Source of the DNA: Macrostomum lignano
Lineage: Eukaryota
DNA: 21,067 nucleotides
Assembly (NCBI GenBank): GCA_002269645.1
Contig: NIVC01005211.1
Span: 1 to 21,067 of the forward strand
Reading direction: 5' to 3'
Shown: positions 1 through 8,384 of the stretch, piece after piece
How the letters are laid out: the number at the start of each line of letters is the position of its first letter
Position numbering within the stretch: position 1 is the stretch's first letter
The notes under the pieces: generated by a model
What the model was told of the DNA's origin: nothing
Database searches by the model: none
What the model saw: only the letters and a program-made list of their open reading frames with translations
Made by a program: the position numbers and the translations under genes

Positions 1-484
1 TTCCAACCTAATGACACACCAGCAGCATGACCCTCCAGCCTATGCCACCCAGCAGCATAACCCTCCACCTGCATGACACCCCGAGCAGCATGACCCTCAA
101 CCTCCCATGACACCCCAGCAGCATGACCTCCACCTGCATGACACCCGCCAGCAGCATGACTCCAGCCTAATGACACCAGCAGCATGACCCTCCAGCCTAA
201 TGCACCCACCCCCCCCCCCCCACCCCCCCAGCCAGCATGACTCCACTGCATGACACGCCCAGCAGCATGACCTCCACCTGCATGACACCCAGCAGCATGA
301 CCCTCCACCTGCATGACACCCCAGCAGCATGACCCTCCACCTGCATGACACCCAGCAGCATGACCCTCCACCTGCATGACCCCAGCAGCATGATCCTCCA
401 CCTGCATGACACCCAGCAGAATGACCCTCCACCTGCATGACACCCCAGCAGCATGACCTCCACCTGCATGACACCCCAGCATGA
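1..484. repeat. Minisatellite, ~30-32 bp unit (CCAGCAGCATGACC(C)TCCACCTGCATGACAC), with a poly-C interruption at 209-229; probably in intron 2 of the FABP-like gene
   Basis: About 15 imperfect tandem copies are visible directly. The array runs off the left edge of the window. Confidence 0.92.
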
Positions 485-528
485 TCAGATCCTCCCAAAA
501 TGAAGAATCTGCCACTCTGCGGCTTCAG

Positions 529-661
529 GCGCTGACCAAATGGGAGGACGGCAAGCTGGTGATTTACACGGGCCGCTGAATTCGGCCAGCGCTGACGATG
601 TCAAAGCCAATTCGAAGGTGAAAATTGTACGCGAAATCACCGGGACGGAGAACTGCTTATG
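529..661 (+). CDS. Penultimate coding exon (exon 3 equivalent) of an intracellular lipid-binding protein gene (FABP/CRABP family)
   Basis: Acceptor ...cttcAG|529 and donor 661|GTGAGT. Restoring one G in each of the G-runs at 570-572 and 642-644 gives 135 nt (phase 0/0) reading ALTKWEDGKLVIYTGPLNSASADDVKANSKVKIVREITGDGELLM. This matches the CRABP exon 3 pattern SLVKWE...TRELTNDGELIL at both intron positions. As given, the exon is 133 nt with two frameshifts. Confidence 0.82.
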
Positions 662-710
662 GTGAGTGCAATGCACATGTACATGTATACAATTGTACAT
701 GCTGCGTTAA

Positions 711-1754
711 CCATTTGGAAGCCAAAGGCCTGCACCGCAGGCCATACCGAAACGGCCCAAAAACCCTGAGATTGAAAATGGCTATGGAATCAAAAACCAT
801 CTCCCAGTCACTAAAGCAAGTGCCCAGTATGGCCTGCTGTGCAGGTCATGACTGATTTAAAGAAGTCCATTATGCATTTCCATTATGTTTTCACTCAAAT
901 ATTAAAGGTCTGATCGCACCTCACGAAGCCCTGACCCGGAGCAGCCACTAACTTTTCTTGCAATTCTTATGGGATTCCACGATTATTTCGAACAGTTCCG
1001 GTGAGCACGGTCTTTTTGTTAAACAAGTAGATGGCCAATCTGTGTGACGTAAACCAACTGTCCGTGTATATGTGGTATCCTTCACTCAGTCACTTTTTCA
1101 TCTCGGCAACACAGCATGGTTTAAGAGCAGACAGTCCAGCAGGAAACTCTTCCTTGCCAGTTTCTGCACTCTCCTGCTGGAACTCCTTGACTGCCAGCCA
1201 CATTCGCTCATTGGTCCATGTGACAAGACTGGTGAGAAACTCTTTAGTCAGGAAGATGGATAAAATTCTTTCACACTTTCGTCTGGGTTTTCTGGTATAA
1301 AGATGCTTGGATTAATGGTCGAAAACCCTCGGAGTTCCGGCACCCGTCGTGGTCAAACGAGTTGTCATTTCCAGGGGCTACTTCAACACATTTCGCGGTC
1401 GCCTTATCTGATCAGTTTCTCTGATCAGTTTCTGGATCCATGCTTTCCGACTCCGTTTCTGACTCAAAAACCGTCGAGTCATGGCTTGATAAAGCGTCTT
1501 CCGAATCGGAATCGAGTCCCAGTCTGCGCAAGGCGTCACTTTTAGCTGTCCTTTTCGGCCGCGTAGAAGCCATTTGTGGGTAGGAAGGTTTGAACAGGAG
1601 CTATCAGAAAAACTCTGTGGTATATTTTACTTTACTTCTGGGCTTCTAGAGTGTGCACTCGACTCAGCAAAAAAGACAAATTTGTCTATGGACTGCTCTG
1701 CAGGCCTTTGGGCTTTTAAGCCATCTTACAGAACCAAGCTTGGGCGCGAAGTGG
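711..1754 (-). mobile_element. Internally deleted, non-autonomous piggyBac element inside the last intron of the FABP-like gene
   Basis: TTAA at 707-710 and 1755-1758. Imperfect termini: CCATTTGGAAGCCAA versus reverse-complemented CCACTTCGCGCCCAA (10/15). Asymmetric subterminal inverted repeat at 719-746 and 1687-1715. Transposase remnants inside. Confidence 0.8.
901..1573 (-). pseudogene. piggyBac (DDE_Tnp_1_7-type) transposase remnant with a large internal deletion, stops and frameshifts
   Basis: Minus strand: ATG at 1573, an acidic N-terminus, then IPENPDESVKEF.SIFLTKEFLTSLVTWTNERM...KPCCVAEMKK*, joined directly to GYHIYTDSWFTSHRLAIYLFNKKTVLTGTVRNNRGIP* (1080-967). The latter matches the piggyBac catalytic-region motif GYHLYxDNFYTS...GTVRxNR. 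A 13-bp tandem duplication lies at 1408-1433. Confidence 0.8.
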
Positions 1755-1788
1755 TTAAGGTAAATTTAACCTATTTTTCTCTTTGCAG

Positions 1789-1842
1789 ACGATAATCCAC
1801 CCGGAAGTGACGGCAACTCGTCACTACAAAAAGAAGAATTAA
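1789..1842 (+). CDS. Terminal coding exon of the FABP/CRABP-family gene (TIIHPEVTATRHYKKKN*)
   Basis: Branch-point-like TTAAC at 1766-1770 and a polypyrimidine tract ending TTTGCAG|1789. Phase 0, 17 codons plus TAA. Resembles FABP exon 4 (T.TH..V..TR.Y.K). Confidence 0.82.
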   Translation, partial: TIIHPEVTATRHYKKKN

Positions 1843-2197
1843 TGAAAATAATTGAGCATTAGCGGATCGCGGATTATGGATTATATTGGACTCGATGTTT
1901 AGCTTTATAATAGCTATATTTATATTCACAGAATCTGCTTGCTTCGCTAATGATATATAGAAAATAGAAGACACCATGATTGTCACGAACTATATTGGAT
2001 TTGGTACATGTATATGATGAATATAGAGTGACTTTGTGAGCCAGCTTTCTGTTTCAGTACATGCAGTACGTAACACGTACTGCACATCTTATGTACATTT
2101 GACGCAGTACAACTTGTACATATACATATAATGCTTATAATAATTACGACGTAACAGCTCGTATTCAAAAATTTTATTAGCTCTGAGAGAGACAGAA

Positions 2198-2203
2198 ATT
2201 AAA
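2198..2203 (+). promoter_or_regulatory. Candidate poly(A) signal (ATTAAA) of the FABP-like gene
   Basis: It is the only AATAAA/ATTAAA hexamer between the stop codon (1842) and the LTR. Several TGTA motifs lie upstream. Confidence 0.4.
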
Positions 2204-2211
2204 GGTAATAC

Positions 2212-2414
2212 TGTGGCGGTCACGCCACACGCGCGTACGCGCTCCAGCAGCCACCCCAACCCCGGCCGGGGTCAGGCCGGCGCTATGTGCACGGTCGCTG
2301 TGCGTTGATTGGCTGCCCAGTGTACACCGCTGGCCTATATAACTTTAGACTTTTGTCTCGCGCGCCTCCACCCTGCTACTTCCAAATAAACTTTACGTGG
2401 CTCAACTCGCCACA
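2212..2414 (+). repeat. 5' LTR of element A (203 bp)
   Basis: Identical to 6334-6536 except C2368/T6490. Contains ATTGG, TATATAA (2336-2342) and AATAAA (2385-2390). Confidence 0.97.
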
Positions 2415-2415
2415 T

Positions 2416-2428
2416 TGGTGAGCCCGAC
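2416..2428 (+). promoter_or_regulatory. Primer-binding site of element A, tRNA-Trp-like (TGGTGAGCCCGAC)
   Basis: Starts 1 nt after the LTR. One mismatch to the recalled complement of the metazoan tRNA-Trp 3' end (TGGTGACCCCGAC). Confidence 0.75.
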
Positions 2429-2461
2429 TCTCAACCGCCTGTTTGAGAATAACTCCTCAGT

Positions 2462-3154
2462 ATGTCAACTGAGTCTGCGGTGGCCCTCAAGCTGCCCACG
2501 TTCTGGGCCAGCCAGCCTCGCGCCTGGTTCATCCAGGCAGAGGCGCAATTCGTCTTCCGCAACATCACGCAAGACGCTACCAAGTACTTTCACCTCGTAG
2601 CCGCGCTGGACCAGCAGTCAGCCGATCGCCTGCTGGACGTGCTTGAGACACCGCCGGCTGAGAACAAGTACGATTCTCTCAAGGCCCGCCTCCTCGGCAC
2701 ATTCGGCCTGACGCAGCAACAGCGTGCCAGCCGGCTGCTCAACCTGGCCGGCCTCGGTGACCGCCGCCCGTCCAAGCTCATGGACGAGATGCTGGCCCTG
2801 CTCGGCAACCACCGGCCCTGCATGCTCTTCGAGGAGCTTTTTCGCCAGCAGATGCCGGCAGACATTCGCATGGCACTCGTCTCCGCGGATTTCGCTGACC
2901 CGCGCGCAGTTGCGCGACTCGCGGATGAACTCTGGGCGAGCCCGGCACAGCCCGTGGCCACCGCCACCCTGCCGCCAGAGCACCCGCCGGTAGTTGCTGC
3001 CACCGCCCGCCCAGCTCGCGCCAAGCCGCAGCAGCACCAGCCGAGGGAGGCCGACGGCCCCATCTGTTTCTTCCACCGGAAGTTCGGCGCCAAGGCCCGG
3101 CGTTGCGAGCCGCCCTGCCAGTTCTCGGGAAACGGACCGGCCGGCCGTCAGTGA
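2462..3154 (+). CDS. gag: Gag of element A (230 aa)
   Basis: N-terminal ALKLPTFWASQPRAWFIQAEAQF is typical of this Gag family. CHCC motif CFFHRKFGAKARRCEPPC at 3065-3118. Confidence 0.92.
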   Translation: MSTESAVALKLPTFWASQPRAWFIQAEAQFVFRNITQDATKYFHLVAALDQQSADRLLDVLETPPAENKYDSLKARLLGTFGLTQQQRASRLLNLAGLGDRRPSKLMDEMLALLGNHRPCMLFEELFRQQMPADIRMALVSADFADPRAVARLADELWASPAQPVATATLPPEHPPVVAATARPARAKPQQHQPREADGPICFFHRKFGAKARRCEPPCQFSGNGPAGRQ

Positions 3155-3171
3155 ACGTTTCGACGGCCGGC
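3127..3171 (+). promoter_or_regulatory. -1 programmed ribosomal frameshift signal (gag-pol) of element A
   Basis: Slippery G GGA AAC at 3127-3133 in the gag frame, a 6-nt spacer, then a perfect 10-bp stem (3140-3149 with 3162-3171). The protease is encoded in the -1 frame. Confidence 0.88.
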
Positions 3172-6100
3172 AGCAACAACCTCCTGCTCATCCCCGACGT
3201 AGCCACGGGCCGGCGCTTCTTGGTCGACACCGGCGCTGAGGTGAGCATTTTTCCTGTCTCGGGGGCAGACGCCCGCTCGCATACACCCGGCCCGCCGCTT
3301 TTCGCGGCCAACGGCAGCCCGATCCGCACGTTCGGCAGCCGGACACTGACGCTCGACCTCGGCGTCAAGGCCTGCACCTGGCCGTTCATCCTGGCCGAGG
3401 TGTCACGGCCGTTGATCGGCGCGGACTTCCTGCGGCACCACGGCCTACTGGTGGACATGCCGAACCGCCGTCTGCTCGACACTAGCTCGCTGTCCAGCGC
3501 CCACCTGCTGCTCGGGTCCGGCCCGGCACCTCAGCTCGCCGCCGCCGTCGCTGGGACCCGTACAGCCAGCTGCTCGCGGAGTTCCCGTCGCTGACGGAGC
3601 CGAGTTTCCAGAAAGCCCGGCCGCTCCACGGGGTCCAACATCATATTCCTACGACGGGCCCCCCTGTCCACGCCCGGGCGCGCCGCCTGCCGCCTGACAA
3701 GCTGGCGGTGGCCAAGGAGGAATTCCGCAACCTGGAGCAGCTGGGCATCGTGCGGCGGTCCTGCAGCCCCTGGTCGTCGCCGCTGCACATGGTGCCAAAG
3801 GCCTCCGGGGGTTGGCGGCCCTGCGGCGATTTCCGGCGGCTCAACGACGCCACGGTGCCCGACCGCTACCCGGTGCCGCACATTCAGGACTTTTCTGCGC
3901 GGCGGTCCGGGTGCAACATTTTCTCCAAGATCGACCTGGTGCGGGGCTACCACCAGATCCCGGTTGCCGAGGCCGACATCGCCAAGACGGCCGTCATCAC
4001 GCCATTCGGCCTGTTCGAGTTTCTCCGGATGCCATTCGGACTCAAAAACGCCGCCCAGGCCTTCCAACGGCTGATTGACACGGTCTGTCAGGGCTTGGAC
4101 TTCGTGTTCGCCTATATCGACGACTTCCTAGTGGCGAGCAGCGGCCCTCAGCAGCATCTGGAGCACCTGCGCACGCTGTTCCAGCGCCTGGCAGACAACG
4201 GCCTCCTCATCAATCCAGCCAAGTGCCAGTTTGGCCGCAGCGAAATCGACTTTCTAGGCCACCTCATCAACAGCCGGGGCGCCATGCCGCTGCCAGACAA
4301 AGTCGAAGCCATCGCCCGATTCGCTCCGCCCGCGACCTTCAAGGGCCTGCAAGAGTTCGCCGGCATGGTGAACTTCTATCACCGGTTCGTGCCGCGGGCC
4401 GCCCAGTTGCTGCGCCCCATCTACGGCGCCCTGGCCAGCAAGGACAAGATCGTTCAGTGGACACCGGAGCTGACGGACGCCTTCAACAGCACGAAGCAGG
4501 CCCTGGTTGACGCGACCATGCTTGCGCACCCGGAGCCCGACGCCCCAACGGCGCTGACGGTCGACGCCTCGGACACCGCCATCGGGGCGGTTCTGGAGCA
4601 GCGTGTCGGCGAGACCTGGCGGCCACTCGCTTTCTTCAGCCGCCAACTGCGGCCGGCTGAACAAAAGTACAGCGCTTTCGACCGGGAGTTACTCGCTCTC
4701 TATCTGGCCACGCGGCATTTCCGCTACTTTTTGGAAGGCCGCATCTTCACCGCCTACACCGACCACAAACCCCTGGTCGCGGCCATGGCCAAGTTGTCGG
4801 ATCCCTGGTCAGCGCGCCAGCAGCGGCACCTCGCATACGTGTCGGAGTTCACCACCGACATCCGGCACGTGGCAGGCAAGGACAATCCGGTGGCCGACGC
4901 CCTGTCCCGCTGCACCGTCACCTCTGTGCAGCCGCTGCTCCCCGGCATCGACTACGCGGCCCTGGCACGCGCGCAGCTAGTGGACGATCCCGCGCTCGCC
5001 GGCACCGGCCTGCGGCTCGAGCGCGTGATGTTGCGTCCCGGCCTGGAGGTCATCTGCGACACCGTGACCGGCCGCCCGCGCCCGCTGGTGCCCACCGACT
5101 TCCGCCGCGCCGTTTTCGACGCAGTCCACGGCCTGGCGCACCCGTCCGTACGCAGTACGCGGCGCCTGGTGTCCGAGAAGTTCGTGTGGCCGGGAATCAA
5201 CAGGGACGTCGGCCAATGGGCTCGCAGCTGCATCGCCTGCCAGACGGCCAAGGTGCAGCGCCACGTGACCGCCCCGCCCGCCAGCATCCCGGTGCCCAGC
5301 AGCCGTTTCGCGCACGTCCACATCGACCTTGTCGGACCGCTGCCGCAGTCCCGCGGCTTCACGCACCTGCTGACCGTAGTCGACAGGTTCTCCCGCTGGC
5401 CGGAAGCTTTCCCCTTGGCCGACACTTCCGCTGCCTCCTGCGCGTCCGCTTTCATCGCCGGTTGGATCGCCCGCTTCGGCGTGCCCAGTGACGTCACGTC
5501 CGACCGCGGCTCCCAGTTCACCTCCGGGCTATGGGCCAACGTGTCGCGGCTGCTGGGCGTGCAGCTGCACCACACCACCGCTTTTCACCCACAGGCTAAC
5601 GGCCTGGTGGAACGCTTCCACCGCCAGCTCAAGGCATCCCTGATGGCGCGCCTGACCGGACCGACTTGGACCGACGAGCTGCCCTGGGCGTTGCTCGGCA
5701 TCCGCACGGCTCCCAAGGAGGACATCGGCGCCTCCTCGGCCGAGCTGGTCTACGGCGCCCCGCTGACGGTACCGGGAGAATGCCTGCAGGCCGCGCCACC
5801 GAGGGCTCTTACGACCAGTTCCTGGCCCGGTTACGCAGCGCGGTGCAGTCGTTCCGGCCGCCTCCAACCTCGCGACATGGCCGCGTCGCTGCCTACGTGC
5901 CTGCTGCCCTGGAGTCCTGCACGCACGTCTTCATCCGCCGCGACGGCCACCGGCCATCTCTGCAGCGGCCGTACTTCGGGCCCTTCCAGGTCCTTGAGCG
6001 CGGCGACAAGACCTTCCGCCTCGACCTGGGCACGCGGCAGGATCACGTGGCAGTGGACAGACTCAAGCCTGCGGCGCTCGATCCCGGCGAGGCGATTCCG

Positions 6101-6313
6101 GCTCCGGCTCTGCGGCCACGAGGCCGCCCCCGCCTGGACGGCCGGCCACAACTGCCACGTGGTGGAGACCCTCCGGTCGCAGCTGCGCACCCGCAAGCGC
6201 CACCGGGGCTCCCACCAACGCGCCTCCCACCGGTGCAAGCGACCCGGCCTCCAGCGTCTGGTCGCCGCCAGCTTCCGCCTCGCCGGTGCCGCCCGACGCG
6301 GTTTCGGTCCTAG
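3127..6313 (+). CDS. pol: Pol of element A (protease-RT-RNaseH-integrase with GPY/F), interrupted by two 1-nt frameshifts (~3553-3555 and ~5781-5800)
   Basis: LVDTGAEVS (DTG at 3226-3234), YIDD (4113-4124), RNase H TVDASD...AFDRELL, HHCC zinc finger, and integrase core [23 protein letters not shown]. The C-terminal [10 protein letters not shown]...VDRLKPA is in the frame of ORF 5666-6313, which stops at 6311-6313. Confidence 0.92.
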
Positions 6314-6322
6314 GCCAGCGCT

Positions 6323-6330
6323 GGGGGGAG
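6323..6330 (+). promoter_or_regulatory. Polypurine tract of element A
   Basis: GGGGGGAG, 3 nt before the 3' LTR. Confidence 0.85.
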
Positions 6331-6333
6331 CCA

Positions 6334-6536
6334 TGTGGCGGTCACGCCACACGCGCGTACGCGCTCCAGCAGCCACCCCAACCCCGGCCGGGGTCAGGCC
6401 GGCGCTATGTGCACGGTCGCTGTGCGTTGATTGGCTGCCCAGTGTACACCGCTGGCCTATATAACTTTAGACTTTTGTCTCGCGCGCCTTCACCCTGCTA
6501 CTTCCAAATAAACTTTACGTGGCTCAACTCGCCACA
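6334..6536 (+). repeat. 3' LTR of element A (203 bp)
   Basis: Direct repeat of 2212-2414 (202/203 identical). Confidence 0.97.
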
Positions 6537-6697
6537 ATACCATAGATATATCTTCAAGTTGGTGATGCATACTTAGTTCCATCGTAGACTGCGCACACCC
6601 GAGAAAAATTCTGAATACTTACATCTAAATGATACTTACTACATCCAGTTGTCCCTGGAAAAAATTCTCAGAATAGGCCGAAGCATAAAATTCTTAC

Positions 6698-7109
6698 GGG
6701 TGCACGACAATTTGACTGCCACAATTTGACTGCCGACAAAATGACTGCGAACAAAATGACTGCGGTCAAAATGACTGCCGACAATTTGACTGCGGACAAA
6801 ATGACTGCCGACAAAATGACTGCCGACAATTTGACTGCCAACAAAATGACTGCCGACAAAATGACTGCCAACAAAATGACTGCCGACAATATGACTGCGG
6901 CAATTTGACTGCCAGCAAAATGACTGCGGCAATTTAACTGCCGAGCAATATGACTGCGGCAATTTGACTGCCAGCAATATGACTGCGGACAATTTGACTG
7001 CCGAGCAATATGACTGCGGCAATTTGACTGCGGTCAATTTGACTGCGGACAATTTGACTGCCGAGCAATTTGACTGCCAGCGAAATGACTGCCGAGCAAT
7101 TTGACTGCC
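6698..7109 (+). repeat. Left inverted arm: about 27 copies of a ~15-bp unit (ACAAAATGACTGCCG / ACAATTTGACTGCGG)
   Basis: The tandem array is visible directly. Confidence 0.93.
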
Positions 7110-7290
7110 TCAAATACTACACGTACACCCTCTTTATATATGTATTGATCGTATTTATGCAGGACTAAAAATTCGTTCTTTACGAGTAACGATAGCTCGT
7201 ACAAGCTACATTTGCCTTTCAGCAATACATGCATGTGTTATGACGAATGTTCAAACGGATCAAAAGTAAAAGTAAAGTTCAAAAGTAAAG

Positions 7291-7596
7291 ATGAGAGGGG
7301 GATGAGAGAGCAAAGATGAGTCAGAGAGTGAACACGATGTATGAGAGGAGAGAGGAGAGCGCAGAGAGAGAAGAGAAAAGACAAGAGAAGGAGAGAGTAT
7401 AGAAGAAAGAAGAGAAGAAAAGAAAAGGGAAGAAAGGAGAAAGGAAAGAGAGGAGTCAAAAGAGGGGAAAGAGAAGAGTACAGAGGAGAGAGGTGAGAGA
7501 ACATACCAGTATAAGAGAGTAAATATGACAGATGAGAGAGGGGAGATGAGAGAGCAGAGACGAGAGAGAAGTGAGAAAACAGAAGAGAAGATAGAA
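7291..7596. repeat. GA-rich polypurine low-complexity tract inside the foldback element
   Basis: Almost exclusively A/G on the + strand. Boundaries are approximate. Confidence 0.85.
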
Positions 7597-8004
7597 GGTT
7601 CAAAGGATGCAAGGAACATTGGGATCGAGAGGCAGAAGTAGAGGCCAGAGTTTTTCTGACATTCTGCGCCGCACCCCAGCCAACAATATCAATAGTTTGC
7701 CTCCAATCCTAATTTTACACGAATGTAATCTATGTTACAGTATGTTTAACTCTAATAATAAAAGTTTTTGCTTGAGTTTAACTTCAGATTTTAGAATATA
7801 TGCAAAATACGAGAGTAGTTCCTAAGATTGGAATTCCCATTTCCCACTGTTCAAAATCCGCGGGTTTCAACAGCTGTTACAGCTTGTTGTATAAAGGTTA
7901 TGTGTTCTGTTCTGCATCATTCTAGCTCGTAAATACAATATTTCACTACATGCATAGACTTAAAAGGGTTGACAGAGTGCTAAACTTTAGGAGCATCATT
8001 TTTC

Positions 8005-8384
8005 CGGCAGTCATTTCGCTGGCAGTCAAATTGCTCGGCAGTCAAATTGTCCGCAGTCAAATTGACCGCAGTCAAATTTCCGCAGTCATTTTGTCGGCAG
8101 TCAAATTGCCGCAGTCATATTGTCGGCAGTCAAATTTCCGCAGTCATTTTGTCGGCAGTCATTTTGTTGGCAGTCATTTTGTCGGCAGTCATTTTGTCCG
8201 CAGTCAAATTGTCGGCAGTCATTTTGTCCGCAGTCATTTTGTTCGCAGTCATTTTGTCCGCAGTCATTTTGTTCGCAGTCATTTTGTCGGCAGTCAAATT
8301 GCTCGGCAGTCAAATTGTCGGCAGTCAAATTGACCGCAGTCAAATTGTGGCAGTCAAATTGTGGCAGTCAATTGTCGTAGACCC
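8005..8384 (-). repeat. Right inverted arm: about 25 copies of the reverse complement of the same ~15-bp unit
   Basis: CGGCAGTCATTTTGT-type units. The innermost ~75 bp mirror 7021-7094. Confidence 0.93.

Larger units (their letters stand above)
2212..6536 (+). mobile_element. Full-length Ty3/Gypsy LTR retrotransposon A, CsRN1/Kabuki-like (4325 bp)
   Basis: TG...CA LTRs with TGTGGCG/CGCCACA termini. 4-bp TSD ATAC at 2208-2211 and 6537-6540. PBS, gag, PR-RT-RH-INT order and PPT are all present. Gag carries C-X2-H-X9-C-X3-C and the PBS is tRNA-Trp-like, both characteristic of this lineage. Confidence 0.95.
6698..8384. mobile_element. Non-autonomous foldback / Mutator-like DNA transposon with long minisatellite inverted arms (1687 bp)
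   Basis: Termini GGGTGCACGACAATT and reverse-complemented GGGTCTACGACAATT. Flanks AATTCTTAC (6689-6697) and CATTCTTAC (8385-8393) form a 9-bp TSD with one mismatch, or a perfect 8-bp ATTCTTAC if the element ends at 8385. No transposase ORF inside. Confidence 0.82.

Noticed and set aside
97-498. Minus-strand ORFs of 133 and 90 aa
   Set aside because: They are translations of the minisatellite. Unit length varies between 30 and 32 bp and no protein family is recognisable.
2207-2211. 5-bp TSD AATAC for element A
   Set aside because: It would use the terminal A of the LTR. The TGTGGCG/CGCCACA termini and the 5' LTR/PBS junction fix a 4-bp ATAC TSD.
2590-6376. Many overlapping antisense and alternate-frame ORFs in element A (e.g. 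2778-3482, 3531-4067, 4952-5578)
   Set aside because: These are the shadow ORFs expected in very GC-rich coding DNA and show no domain motifs. The exception is the 3' part of 5666-6313, which is the true integrase C-terminus.
5800-6464. C-terminal ~220 aa of the 918-aa ORF, running into the 3' LTR
   Set aside because: This is out-of-frame sequence after a frameshift. The GPY/F motif is in another frame, which stops at 6313 just before the PPT.
6698-8384. CRISPR-like appearance of the repeat arrays
   Set aside because: The units are directly adjacent with no unique spacers, the context is eukaryotic and there are no cas genes. The PBS arrays in the LTRs resemble CRISPR only in layout.
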